From the NCBI GenBank assembly GCA_021785355.1, contig JAJYFR010000001.1:199096-263095 (forward strand): a stretch of DNA of 64,000 nt. The letters run 5' to 3'. The notes under the pieces were generated by a model. The model made no database searches. It was not told where the DNA came from and saw only the letters and a program-made list of their open reading frames with translations. Numbering within the stretch: the stretch's first letter is position 1; every line of letters starts with the position of its first letter. Of the stretch, positions 31,672-41,391 are shown piece by piece. The position numbers were made by a program, and so were the translations under genes. Source of the DNA: a bacterium (lineage in GTDB: Bacteria > Patescibacteriota > Dojkabacteria > JAKAPS01 > JAJZLI01).

Positions 31672-32169
31672 ATGAGAAGTAAAATATTAGAAAATTCAGA
31701 AAGTATATCTTTTTTTATTGAATTAGTAGTATTTGTATTTATTGGAGTTGTCTTACTTAATATAGTATTAGGTTTTTCTTTTAAATATATAAATGCTCAT
31801 AATTTATTTAAGAAATCAAAATTAGTTAAGGTTTCGTATACTACTGTTAATAAAAGAGTTATACCTTCTGAGGTTTTTGTAAAAACATTTTTTAAAAATT
31901 TTTCAGAGAATAAAGATATAACATCTTATTTATCGAAAGATTTTCAAAATAGTTTATATTCAGAATATAACTCCTCTAATTATAATTTGGATATAAAAAA
32001 TGTTTTAGGTATTCCATATATGAGTAAAAATATTTCTTTTGTGAAGGTATATTCTAATTACTATACAATATTTATGAATATTAGTGGGGCTAAGATCTAT
32101 CTGAATATTTTTTGGTTAAAGGTTGGTAATAGTTATCAAATATCTGCTATTAATCCAACTGAAGGATAA
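31672..32169 (+). CDS. hypothetical membrane-anchored protein
   Basis: N-terminal TM, no recognisable domain. Confidence 0.35.
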   Translation: MRSKILENSESISFFIELVVFVFIGVVLLNIVLGFSFKYINAHNLFKKSKLVKVSYTTVNKRVIPSEVFVKTFFKNFSENKDITSYLSKDFQNSLYSEYNSSNYNLDIKNVLGIPYMSKNISFVKVYSNYYTIFMNISGAKIYLNIFWLKVGNSYQISAINPTEG

Positions 32170-32182
32170 ATCTTATAATAAT

Positions 32183-32254
32183 AGCGAGAGACGGGATTTG
32201 AACCCGCGACCTCTTCCTTGGGAAGGAAGCATTCTACCACTGAACTACTCTCGC
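32183..32254 (-). tRNA. tRNA-Gly (anticodon CCC)
   Basis: Acceptor GCGAGAG/CTCTCGC, anticodon loop TTCCCAA, T-loop TTCAAAT. Confidence 0.8.
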
Positions 32255-32261
32255 TTATATT

Positions 32262-32333
32262 AGCCGACAAGCAGAATCGAACTGCTAACTCCACTTTACG
32301 AAAGTGGTGCTTTACCTCTTAAGCTATATCGGC
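32262..32333 (-). tRNA. tRNA-Thr (anticodon CGT)
   Basis: Acceptor GCCGATA/TGTCGGC, D-arm GCTT-AAGAGGTA-AAGC, anticodon loop TTCGTAA, T-loop TTCGATT. Confidence 0.8.
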
Positions 32334-32392
32334 TTATTTGTTGATTTTAACAGATTTTTATTTTTTTTCTAAGTTGTGATAAAATACTAAGT

Positions 32393-33013
32393 ATGCAGAA
32401 TAATTTTTTAATAAGAGTTTTAACCATATTTATATCATCTCTAGTTGTAGCAGTGTTTGGAGTATATTTATCTAGATACGTACCTCCTGTATATTATTTT
32501 CCACTTATAATAATTGAATTTGTGCTACTATTTGCAATAGGTTTCTTAAAGAATAGACCAGCTCTAGCACCTACTCTACTCTATCTATTTACTCTTATAT
32601 CAGGTCTTACAATAGGACCTTTAATATATCAATTTTTTAGTTATAATTTAGGAAATTTAGTTTTTGAAGCTTTAGCTATAACTGTTTTTATTTTTATACT
32701 CTTAACTTCTATAGTATATTTTTTTAATATTAATTTAGTAAATTCTAAGATTTGGGTATTTTTAATGATAGGATTAGTAGGTATTATCATTGCAGGAATT
32801 GTTAATATCTTTATGCATAGTCCTATATTCAATTTTTATATATCAGTTGCTGTTGTATTAGTATTTTCAGGATTTGTGCTCTATGATATTTCTAATATTT
32901 TAGAGAATCCGGATATGACAAATGAGTATGTTGCTGCACTAGCACTATATTTAGATTTTGTTAATATCTTTATTGCCATACTGGATATATTAGGATTTAT
33001 AAATAGAAGTTAA
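32393..33013 (+). CDS. Bax inhibitor-1/YccA family membrane protein
   Basis: Seven predicted TM helices, C-terminal …YVAALALYLDFVNIFIAILDILG typical of the BI-1/UPF0005 family. Confidence 0.6.
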   Translation: MQNNFLIRVLTIFISSLVVAVFGVYLSRYVPPVYYFPLIIIEFVLLFAIGFLKNRPALAPTLLYLFTLISGLTIGPLIYQFFSYNLGNLVFEALAITVFIFILLTSIVYFFNINLVNSKIWVFLMIGLVGIIIAGIVNIFMHSPIFNFYISVAVVLVFSGFVLYDISNILENPDMTNEYVAALALYLDFVNIFIAILDILGFINRS

Positions 33014-33690
33014 TGTTTCTTCATATTTTTTTTAATTTTTTTTCTATATTATCGATACATCACATTACTCTGACAATCAATAAAGTAATATTTCCTAATA
33101 TATATATATTTCTATTTCTATTTATTTTATTAGAAGAGATGGGAGTTCCAATGCCTATTCCTGGAGAATTTTTTGTATTCTTAGCAGGTTATAGAATATC
33201 TTTAGGTTTTGTTAATCCTATATATATAATATTAATAGTATTGATTGCAACTTTTCTTGGATCTAGCATACTTTATTTTATTCTATATTCAAAAGGTTTA
33301 GATTTTATAGAAAAGTATGGTAAGTATATTTTTATTCCAAAATCAAGGATTATTGAAGTGCAATCTTGGTTTTTATCACATGGATTTTTTGCAATACTAG
33401 TAGGTCGTTGGATATTTGGTTTAAGAATCATTGCTAATGTAATAGGAGGTTTGTTTAGATTTAACTATTCAAAATTTATATCAATTACTCTATTTGCTAC
33501 AATTGCATGGACGATTTTCTATATTATTTTAGGAATTCTCTTAGGTCAATATTATCCTGTTTTGATAGCTTTCTTAAATCAATTCAACTCTATAGTAATA
33601 GAAGTTATTTACCTTGCAGTACTAACTTCAATAACAGCACTCTTTATAAAAGTTATTATTAGAAATGAAAAAAAGAAATTAACCGCATGA
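33013..33690 (+). CDS. DedA/VTT-domain membrane protein
   Basis: …EEMGVPMPIPGEFFVFLAGY… and …GRWIFGLRIIANVIGG… motifs of DedA family. Confidence 0.7.
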   Translation: MFLHIFFNFFSILSIHHITLTINKVIFPNIYIFLFLFILLEEMGVPMPIPGEFFVFLAGYRISLGFVNPIYIILIVLIATFLGSSILYFILYSKGLDFIEKYGKYIFIPKSRIIEVQSWFLSHGFFAILVGRWIFGLRIIANVIGGLFRFNYSKFISITLFATIAWTIFYIILGILLGQYYPVLIAFLNQFNSIVIEVIYLAVLTSITALFIKVIIRNEKKKLTA

Positions 33691-35289
33691 AGATGAAGGT
33701 ATTGAAATTCCTCCAGTTCCTTCATAGTAATTTACTGTTCCTGCTGAATTTAGTTCCATATATACAACTGTAGCACCCCCTGGTATAGATATAGTATAAT
33801 TTGTATTGGCATTGGCGTTAAAATAGCACGAATATAAAGTGGCATTTGAAGGGTTTGAGTTATTCACATAATATATCTTTACTTGTATACTATTAGATAT
33901 ATTAAAAGTTAAATTTGTTGGAACATTATTTATAGTACAAACATGATAGCAGGGATTAGGTAGTGTATTCCAATTATTTATACCTCCACTTGGATTTAGT
34001 TGTCCAGAATATATTTCTGCTGGTCCGTTAGCACCTCCTATCTCATATACGTATCCTGCATATTCTACAGATGTTGCATATGCTCTAGTTGTGTTTGAAG
34101 GAACAGTAGGTAAAGATGTTGTTGTCAGCCATGTCCCTAAAGATCCGTTAGAATTTATTTGAGCATAATATACATTATCCATAAAAGTTCCTCCTTGTCC
34201 CACTACTCCATTTACTCCACCTATTTCATATATAAATCCTTTATATGCAACAGAAGTATTATTATATGAGGGTTGAGGTAATGATGAAGCTTGTGCCCAC
34301 GCACCGAGTGTACCATTAGAATTTATTTGAGCATAATATACATTTGGTGATACGCTTGCGCCTAGTTCCTCGTACTGACCTCCAATCTCATAGATATATC
34401 CATTATATTCAACTGAAGTTGCAAGCATAATACCTCCTCCTGTATACCAAGAGAACGAGGAAGTATATGTCCATGTTCCAAGTCCACCATTAGAATTTAT
34501 TTGAGCGTAGTATACTGCACTAGACCAACATCCTCCCATTTCATAGATATATCCATTGTATTCAACTGAAGTTGCGCAAGAGATGTTATAAGGCAAAGAA
34601 CTTGTTAAATTCCATGCTCCTAAACCTCCATTAGGATTTATTTGAGCATAATATATAGTATTTGTTTGATTTCTATTCGCATCAAATCCTGCGATTTCAT
34701 ATATATATCCATTATATGTTACAGCAGATGCATAAGATCTAGGTTGAGGCAAAGGTGTTGTTGGATTCCAATTTCCAAGTGTACCATTAACATTAATTGG
34801 TGCATAAGAAACATTTGTAGTTGCAAAGGAAACACTACTTCCTACAGATGTCTCACCTACTCCACCCATTACATATACATATCCATTAGAAACAACAGAA
34901 GACGAAACATCACTCCATTCTTCATTAGAGTAAGATACATTATTTATACTAATAGGTAGAGTTACAGATTTTGGAACTCTTGCTGTTATAGGTTTTGTAG
35001 AATTAGAGTTGCTTAAAGATTGAGAAGTTATTGTATATTTACATGAAGTTGAATTATTGCAATTTGTGTTTCCAGGAGAAACATTACCCGAGTTTATTGC
35101 TGATTGAGCTTGTTGAATTCCAGATTGAGCATTAGCGAAAGATACTTGAGAGCCATAACCTATATTTGTCTGATTAGTAGTTTTGCTAACACTAGTAGTA
35201 ATGGACATGACTAAAATTAACAGTACTATACCAAGTAGCATTACTATTACCAGAGCTTGTCCTCTATTATTTATTTTTATACCATTCAC
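33679..35289 (-). CDS. secreted/signal-anchored class-III (pilin-like) protein with central six-blade Kelch beta-propeller
   Basis: N-terminus MNGIKINNRG|QALVIVMLLGIVLLILVMSI (basic leader ending in Gly + ~20 hydrophobic residues); six ~50-aa repeats of the form …YNGYIYEIGG…VYYAQINSNG.LG.W…SLP… (Kelch GG-Y-W pattern); C-terminal ~70-aa module shared with paralog. Confidence 0.6.
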   Translation of the reverse strand: MNGIKINNRGQALVIVMLLGIVLLILVMSITTSVSKTTNQTNIGYGSQVSFANAQSGIQQAQSAINSGNVSPGNTNCNNSTSCKYTITSQSLSNSNSTKPITARVPKSVTLPISINNVSYSNEEWSDVSSSVVSNGYVYVMGGVGETSVGSSVSFATTNVSYAPINVNGTLGNWNPTTPLPQPRSYASAVTYNGYIYEIAGFDANRNQTNTIYYAQINPNGGLGAWNLTSSLPYNISCATSVEYNGYIYEMGGCWSSAVYYAQINSNGGLGTWTYTSSFSWYTGGGIMLATSVEYNGYIYEIGGQYEELGASVSPNVYYAQINSNGTLGAWAQASSLPQPSYNNTSVAYKGFIYEIGGVNGVVGQGGTFMDNVYYAQINSNGSLGTWLTTTSLPTVPSNTTRAYATSVEYAGYVYEIGGANGPAEIYSGQLNPSGGINNWNTLPNPCYHVCTINNVPTNLTFNISNSIQVKIYYVNNSNPSNATLYSCYFNANANTNYTISIPGGATVVYMELNSAGTVNYYEGTGGISIPSSSCG

Positions 35290-35417
35290 AATATTAATAT
35301 ATAATATATAGAAAAAGTATTCAATATTATTTTATGAAAAAGATATTTGTATTTATTTTGTAGTGCTAAATTCAATAATATCACTCTTCATAAAAGTTAT
35401 TATTAGAAATGAAAAAA

Positions 35418-36014
35418 TTAATTACATGAAGATGAAGGTATTGATATTCCTCCAGTACCTTCATAATAGCTTACTATTTCAGATGAGTTTAGTTCTAGGT
35501 AAATTACTGTAGTACCTTTTGGTATAGATAGAGTATAATTCTCACCTCTATTTACATTAAAATAGCACGAATATAAAGTGGCATTTGAGTTATTTACATA
35601 ATATATTTTTACTTTACTACTATCTGATATATTAAAAGTTAAATTTAGATAAGAAGAAATATTATCAATGCTAATAGGTAGAGTTACAGATTTTGGAACT
35701 TTTGCTGTTATAGGTTTTGTAGCACTAGAATTACTTAAAAGTACCTGACTCGTGTTATATGAACAGGTATTTGTTGTAGTTGAATGACTACAATTCCCAC
35801 CAGATGGATTACCTGAGTTTATTGCTGATTGAGCTTGTTGAATTCCAGATTGAGCATTAGCGAAGGATACTTGAGATCCATAATCAATACTCGATTGATT
35901 AGTAGTTTTACTAACACTAGTAGTGATAGACATAACTAAAATCAACAGTACTATACCAAGTAACATTACTACTACCAGAGCTTGTCCTTTGTTATTTATT
36001 TTTATATCATTCAC
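35418..36014 (-). CDS. short paralog of the pilin-like protein lacking the Kelch insert (GTG start at 36014; ORF extends to ATG 36050)
   Basis: ~85% identical N-terminus (V/MNDIKINNKGQALVVVMLLGIVLLILVMSITTSVSKTTNQ…) and C-terminus (…KIYYVNNSNATLYSCYF…YYEGTGGISIPSSSCN) to 33679-35289. Confidence 0.55.
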   Translation of the reverse strand: MNDIKINNKGQALVVVMLLGIVLLILVMSITTSVSKTTNQSSIDYGSQVSFANAQSGIQQAQSAINSGNPSGGNCSHSTTTNTCSYNTSQVLLSNSSATKPITAKVPKSVTLPISIDNISSYLNLTFNISDSSKVKIYYVNNSNATLYSCYFNVNRGENYTLSIPKGTTVIYLELNSSEIVSYYEGTGGISIPSSSCN

Positions 36015-36058
36015 TATATATAATATATAATATATAGAAAAGGTATTCAATATTATTT

Positions 36059-36712
36059 ATGAAAAAGAAATTTATACTTATATTAGGACTTATTTTTATA
36101 ATATTAGTTATATTTTTAGTCTATATTTTTTTATTTTTTAGAATAAAAAATGTTTATGTAAAAAATATTCAAAATAGAAATGTTATTTTAAGTATTCAAC
36201 AAAAGATAAAAGGACAAAATTTATTATTCGAAAGTAGTAATAATATTGATTCTACTATTAGGAAATACTATAGTTTTGCTTCAAGTGTAAGTTTTAAAAA
36301 AGTCTATCCCTCTGTTCTATATATTTATATAAAAAGTCTTCCTATAAATTTTATATATAAATACAAAAATTCTTATTACGATGTGTCTTCTTATGGTACA
36401 TATATAAAAACAAAAAGTCAGAAAAATGGATATATAACTGTATCCTCCTCTACTCCGATAAAAGATGCTCAATTAGGAAATATATTATCTTTATTAAAAA
36501 ATGTATCTACACAATTTGTTTTTGAAGTTTCTAAATATACTATAAATAATTATGATATAGTTATGACACTTTCAGATGGAAAAGATGTACTTTTGAATTT
36601 TCATAAGCCTATTTCTCTACAAATATCTCAAATAATTGGTATACTTACATCAAATAATACTAACTGTAATACTATTAATGTAGAGTTTCAAAAAATATAT
36701 TGCCAAAATTAA
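36059..36712 (+). CDS. cell division protein FtsQ/DivIB-like (POTRA)
   Basis: N-terminal TM then IKNVYVKNIQNRNVILS… POTRA-like region; immediately upstream of ftsA-ftsZ. Confidence 0.5.
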   Translation: MKKKFILILGLIFIILVIFLVYIFLFFRIKNVYVKNIQNRNVILSIQQKIKGQNLLFESSNNIDSTIRKYYSFASSVSFKKVYPSVLYIYIKSLPINFIYKYKNSYYDVSSYGTYIKTKSQKNGYITVSSSTPIKDAQLGNILSLLKNVSTQFVFEVSKYTINNYDIVMTLSDGKDVLLNFHKPISLQISQIIGILTSNNTNCNTINVEFQKIYCQN

Positions 36713-36769
36713 TATATTGCACACATTCATTTATTAATATATACTTTTTTATAATCATGATTATAAAAT

Positions 36770-38056
36770 ATGTCTAAAGGTATAGTAACAGGAATAGATA
36801 TAGGTTCATCAAAGATAACTACTTTGATTGTGAATGTTGAGGATGAAAATACCTCTGTTTTAGGTGTATCTAGTTATAAAAGTAATGGTATTAAGAATGG
36901 TGTTATTGTTAATATAAATGATGCTGTAAAATCAATATCAGAAAGTCTTTCTGCAGCAGAAAGAATGGCAGGGGTAGAAGTGAAAAGTGCTTATATAAGT
37001 CTAGGTTGCAGACAAATTTCAAGTACAAATAATAAAGGGGTTGTAGCTATATCAAATGATGAAATATCTCAAGAAGATATTAATAGAGTATGTGAGAGTT
37101 CTGTTGCAATATCAGTTCCTCAATCTGTAAAAATACTTCAAACTATATCAAGAGAATATGTCGTAGATTCTCAAGGTGGAATTAAAAATCCTATAGGAAT
37201 GGCAGGTATAAGACTGGAGATGGATACTCATATAATATCTGTTGGTAGTATGGTTATGCATAATTTACATAAATGTGTAGCTCAAGTAGGATTGGAGGTT
37301 GTAGATTCTATTTTTTCTGGATGGGCTGATGCTGAAGTAATTTTAAATTCAACAGAGAGGGAATTAGGAGTAATACTTTTAGATATTGGTTATGGAGTAA
37401 CAGATATCGTAATGTATTTAGATGATGCAATTGCGTTCTCAGGATCAATAGCTCTAGCAGGTTTAAGTATTACAAATGATTTGGCTATTGGATTAAAGAT
37501 TTCGGTAGAGGATGCAGAAAAATTAAAATGTTATTATCCTATATTAATAAAAAAAGCTCAACAAAGAGCTGAAAGTGAGAATAAAAGTAAAAAGGTTTCT
37601 GCGAATAAGTCTATTTTTACAAAGGAGGATTTATATCTGAGATTATCTGATATAGGTATAGAAACAGAGTCTAATTTAGATGAAATACGTAAAAGTATGA
37701 TTGATGAGATTATTGAAGCTCGTATATACGAAATTTTTGATAATGTAAAAAAATTAATTGTTGAAGCAGGATTTGATATCAAATTATCCACAAGTGTAGT
37801 TTTAACGGGAGGAAGTTCTAAATTATATGCAATATCTAAAATGGCACAAAAATATTTTTCTACATCATCTAGAGTTGGATATCCTACAAATTTTTCTTCT
37901 TTAAATGATGAAATATCTGGACCTACTTATTCTACTATACAAGGTATTGTTAATTATGGAATTCAATCTTTATCACAAGAAAAATATAAATCAAAGAAGA
38001 ATTTTTCAATTAATCCCAATGGATTAATTGAGTGGATAAAGAATTTCGTTTCTTAA
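36770..38056 (+). CDS. ftsA: cell division protein FtsA
   Basis: Actin-fold ATPase motifs (GIDIGSSKIT, VLTGGSS), position upstream of ftsZ. Confidence 0.9.
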   Translation: MSKGIVTGIDIGSSKITTLIVNVEDENTSVLGVSSYKSNGIKNGVIVNINDAVKSISESLSAAERMAGVEVKSAYISLGCRQISSTNNKGVVAISNDEISQEDINRVCESSVAISVPQSVKILQTISREYVVDSQGGIKNPIGMAGIRLEMDTHIISVGSMVMHNLHKCVAQVGLEVVDSIFSGWADAEVILNSTERELGVILLDIGYGVTDIVMYLDDAIAFSGSIALAGLSITNDLAIGLKISVEDAEKLKCYYPILIKKAQQRAESENKSKKVSANKSIFTKEDLYLRLSDIGIETESNLDEIRKSMIDEIIEARIYEIFDNVKKLIVEAGFDIKLSTSVVLTGGSSKLYAISKMAQKYFSTSSRVGYPTNFSSLNDEISGPTYSTIQGIVNYGIQSLSQEKYKSKKNFSINPNGLIEWIKNFVS

Positions 38057-38119
38057 TATTGAATAAATAACTGTTTTGTGGTTTAATGTTTACATATTTA
38101 AATTCTAAGTAAATATTAT

Positions 38120-39289
38120 ATGTTAGTTAAACCTCAATCTTTTGATAGTACAGCTAAAATAAAAGTTGTTGGTGTTGGTGGCGGAGGTAATAACGCTATT
38201 AATACAATGATATCTGTATATAATATTCTTGGCGTAGATTTTATCTCTGTTAATACTGATTCTCAAGCATTACAAAATTCTATAGCAGAAACAAAAATTC
38301 AAATAGGAAGTGAGTTGACAAAAGGATTAGGTTCTGGAGGTGTTTCTTCTGTAGGAAAACAAGCAGCAGAAGAGAGTATAGATCTTATACATGAGGCTTT
38401 ATCTGGAGCTGATATGGTTTTTATAACAGCAGGAATGGGTGGAGGTACAGGTACAGGAGCATCTCCTGTTATAGCAGGTATTGCAAAAAATCTAGGAGCA
38501 CTTACTGTTGGAGTTGTTACAAAACCTTTTTCTTTTGAAGGTCATAAAAGAGCACAGACTGCAATTGAAGGTATAGAAGAATTGAAAGGTAAAGTGGATA
38601 CATTAATAGTAATTCCAAATCAAAGACTTTTGAGTATAATTGATAGAAAAGTAACTTTTGTAGAAGCTATGCAAACAGTTGATGATATTCTAGGTCAAGG
38701 AGTTAAGAGTATATCTGAGTTGATTACAAAATCAGGAATGATAAATGTGGATTTTGCTGATATTAAAGCTATTATGGTTGATGCAGGAACAGCTTTAATG
38801 GGTATGGGTATAGCTACTGGAGATGATAGAGCTAAGGATGCAGCAAAGCAAGCTGTAGAGAGTCCATTATTAGAGCTTTCTATAAATGGTGCAACTGGTG
38901 TACTGTTTAATATAACAGCAGGAAATGATTTATCAATGTTAGAAGTAGATGAAGCTGCAAGTATAATATCTTCTTCTGCTGATGAAAATGCTAATATAAT
39001 ATTTGGTGCTGCTATTGATGATAGTATTCAAGATGGATCTATAAGAATAAATGTTTTAGCTACAGGTTTTGATAAAGATAAACAAGATATTATAATAAGA
39101 GAAGATAATTACAGAGAGGTGAAAAATACAGTAGAAAGTGTAGATATAAAAGAGGATATAGAAGATATTGAATTAGAAGAAGATGATGATTTTACTGTTT
39201 CAAAAAAAGATTCAAGTTTTGACATTAAAGAAGATGATGAGGAGAATTTAGATACTCCTGCATTTTTAAGAAGAGTTGTTAGAAAGTAG
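38120..39289 (+). CDS. ftsZ: cell division GTPase FtsZ
   Basis: Tubulin signature GGGTGTG, T7 loop NVDFAD, acidic C-terminal tail with PAFLRR. Confidence 0.97.
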   Translation: MLVKPQSFDSTAKIKVVGVGGGGNNAINTMISVYNILGVDFISVNTDSQALQNSIAETKIQIGSELTKGLGSGGVSSVGKQAAEESIDLIHEALSGADMVFITAGMGGGTGTGASPVIAGIAKNLGALTVGVVTKPFSFEGHKRAQTAIEGIEELKGKVDTLIVIPNQRLLSIIDRKVTFVEAMQTVDDILGQGVKSISELITKSGMINVDFADIKAIMVDAGTALMGMGIATGDDRAKDAAKQAVESPLLELSINGATGVLFNITAGNDLSMLEVDEAASIISSSADENANIIFGAAIDDSIQDGSIRINVLATGFDKDKQDIIIREDNYREVKNTVESVDIKEDIEDIELEEDDDFTVSKKDSSFDIKEDDEENLDTPAFLRRVVRK

Positions 39290-39291
39290 AT

Positions 39292-40299
39292 ATGCAATTT
39301 AGTTTTGATCTATCTTTAGATTTATTCGATAATTTAATTAATTTATCTGAGATAAATTCTAGTTTAAAATCCTTAAGTATTAATAAAAAGATAATAGAAG
39401 AATTTCTTATTAGTGATTTTTTTTATTTCTCTAAAATTGTTGATCTAGATATAGATAATAAAGGTTTAAGAGAATATGCATTAGGTTTTCATAAAATAGA
39501 AAATACTATAACGAATAAAATAACCTCATCATATAGAAATACATTAGAGATGATTCCATCATTTTATACTGATAAAGAAAATATATTAACTTTAAATAAT
39601 ATTTCCAGGATAAATAAAATTTTAACAGAAAAAAGTTTTGAAAGTTGGGAGAGTGGAAAACTTAGAACTAAAGATTTTCCATATATTTCAAAATATGATT
39701 TTCTTATTGAAGATACTTTATATAATGGAGATATATATAGTAATCTAAAAGATATTTTTATTTATTATAAGGAAGATAAAACACCTAAGAATTTAAAAAA
39801 TCTAGTTATAGTATATAATTTTTTAAAGTTAAAACCTTTTTGTGCATTAAATGATATAACCTCACTTATAATATTAAAATTACTATTTTTTGATATTGAT
39901 TATTTTTCATATATACCTATACTTAAGATATTTTATGAAAATAAAGAGAATTTAGATCCATATAAGATAGATATTAATGAATGGTTAGCTAATATATCTT
40001 CTTTGCTAAATGTATATTTAAAAGATATGTATTCATATATAAATAAATATACATCTTTAGAAAAAAGAAAATTTCTTTCAGATAAAATAATATCTTCTCT
40101 AAATTTTAGACAGAAAGAGATATTTTTCTTTTTATTAGAACATAAAAGTATCTCTAGACAGGAATATATGAAAATATATAAAGTTTCATCTATGACTGCA
40201 TTTAGAGATTTGAGTGATATGAAGAAGAAAAATATGGTCTCTCCTATAGGGACAGGAAGAGGTTTAAGATATACTATATTAGAAAAATATTTAATTTAG
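39292..40299 (+). CDS. hypothetical protein with C-terminal winged-helix DNA-binding domain; possible degenerate Fic-fold
   Basis: 3 bp downstream of ftsZ; C-terminus …SISRQEYMKIYKVSSMTAFRDLSDMKKKNMVSPIGTGRGLRY resembles Fic-associated wHTH; core has KPFCALNDIT where Fic has HPFxDGNGR. Confidence 0.35.
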   Translation: MQFSFDLSLDLFDNLINLSEINSSLKSLSINKKIIEEFLISDFFYFSKIVDLDIDNKGLREYALGFHKIENTITNKITSSYRNTLEMIPSFYTDKENILTLNNISRINKILTEKSFESWESGKLRTKDFPYISKYDFLIEDTLYNGDIYSNLKDIFIYYKEDKTPKNLKNLVIVYNFLKLKPFCALNDITSLIILKLLFFDIDYFSYIPILKIFYENKENLDPYKIDINEWLANISSLLNVYLKDMYSYINKYTSLEKRKFLSDKIISSLNFRQKEIFFFLLEHKSISRQEYMKIYKVSSMTAFRDLSDMKKKNMVSPIGTGRGLRYTILEKYLI

Positions 40300-41037
40300 A
40301 TATTGGTTTATAATACCTTGAAAATAAGAGAAAGGATATGCACCTAAAATTAATTGTCCTGTAATTTTTCCTTTATTTAACTTCCCTATTATGAATGTTG
40401 GAGTTCCTTGAATACCAATATTATTTCCTGTGGAGATATCTGCTTTTATTTGTGATAAGAATGTATCTTTTGATACACAACTTTGGTATGTTGCTATATT
40501 AAGGTGCATATTTTTTGCATAGCCTAATACTACGGAGGCAGTATTATTATTTTGTGAAGTACTATACATTTTATTTACAAATTGCCAATATTTTCCTTGT
40601 TCAGCAAAACATCTTGATTCTACAGCCATACCTAAGGCTAGAGGGTGTAGCGTTTCTAGGGGGTAATCTCTAAAAGCAAATAATACTTTTCCGTTATTTA
40701 TGTAATTATCCTTTATTAAAGGGAATGTAGAGTTATCAAAATTTTTACAATATGGACATTGAAAATCTCCAAATTCTACAATTGCTACTTTTGCAGTTTT
40801 CTTATTTCCTAAAATTGGGTTTGTACCTAAAGAGACCGTTGCTTTTATAGAATTATTTGAAGTTGTAGAGTTTGTTTGAGTACTAGTAGTTGTTTTGTTT
40901 GTTTTTTGAGGATTTGAGGTATTGTTTTGTGCCTTAGATGATAAATATATAGATCCTGCTATTATTATTCCTGCTATAACTATGGATAATGGGAGCATAT
41001 ACTTATTATATTCTTTTACCTCTACTTTTTCTTTCAT
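40291..41037 (-). CDS. DsbA-like thiol:disulfide oxidoreductase, membrane-anchored
   Basis: N-terminal TM, thioredoxin-fold CPYC active site (FGDFQCPYCKNF). Confidence 0.7.
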   Translation of the reverse strand: MKEKVEVKEYNKYMLPLSIVIAGIIIAGSIYLSSKAQNNTSNPQKTNKTTTSTQTNSTTSNNSIKATVSLGTNPILGNKKTAKVAIVEFGDFQCPYCKNFDNSTFPLIKDNYINNGKVLFAFRDYPLETLHPLALGMAVESRCFAEQGKYWQFVNKMYSTSQNNNTASVVLGYAKNMHLNIATYQSCVSKDTFLSQIKADISTGNNIGIQGTPTFIIGKLNKGKITGQLILGAYPFSYFQGIINQYLN

Positions 41038-41100
41038 ATAAAAATAATTATATCATATAAATTTTTAAAATTGATTTTTAACTGTTATAATCTTCTGTAT

Positions 41101-41391
41101 ATGAAAGTAAATATTAGTAAAGATGATATTGTAAAGATTTCTAATCTGGTAAGATTGGACCTAGATTCGGATAAAATAGAAATTTTTAGAGAGAATATTT
41201 CGGATATAATAAATTATCTAGATTCTATAGATTCTATAGATACATCTTCTCAAGAAAGTTTTTTTGAAGTAAATGATATAGAAAATAGTTTTAGAGAAGA
41301 TAATATACTGGATCCAGATGATTTTGATTTTATATGTGAGAATGCTATAGATATGGAAAATGGATATTTTAAAGTAAAAAAAGTTCTATGA
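41101..41391 (+). CDS. gatC: Asp/Glu-tRNA amidotransferase subunit C (start at ATG 41101; ORF extends to 41071)
   Basis: MKVNISKDDIVKISNLVRL… matches GatC N-terminus; precedes gatA with 4-nt overlap. Confidence 0.75.
   Translation: MKVNISKDDIVKISNLVRLDLDSDKIEIFRENISDIINYLDSIDSIDTSSQESFFEVNDIENSFREDNILDPDDFDFICENAIDMENGYFKVKKVL

Larger units (their letters stand above)
33640..36058. repeat. tandem segmental duplication (unit 1 ~33640-35379, unit 2 ~35380-36058)
   Basis: The two units share: dedA 3' end (33640-33700 ~ 35381-35440); ORF start plus promoter region (35290-35345 ~ 36010-36065); and the 5' and 3' coding thirds of the two ORFs. Confidence 0.75.

Noticed and set aside
34642-34959. 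105-aa plus-strand ORF (Cys/Arg/Ile-rich)
   Set aside because: Antisense to the Kelch-repeat coding region; low-complexity translation of repeat DNA.
36015-36050. Upstream ATG start for the short pilin-like paralog
   Set aside because: Homology with the long paralog begins exactly at the GTG at 36014 (V/M-N-D-I-K-I-N-N-K-G-Q); the extra 12 residues have no counterpart.
33679-36050. Idea that the K/R-G-Q motifs mean the contig is archaeal
   Set aside because: Window is unambiguously bacterial: bL19/bL21/bL27, FtsA, MutS/MutL, UvrABC, DnaE, GatCAB, F-type ATPase, and tRNA-His with genomically encoded G-1.
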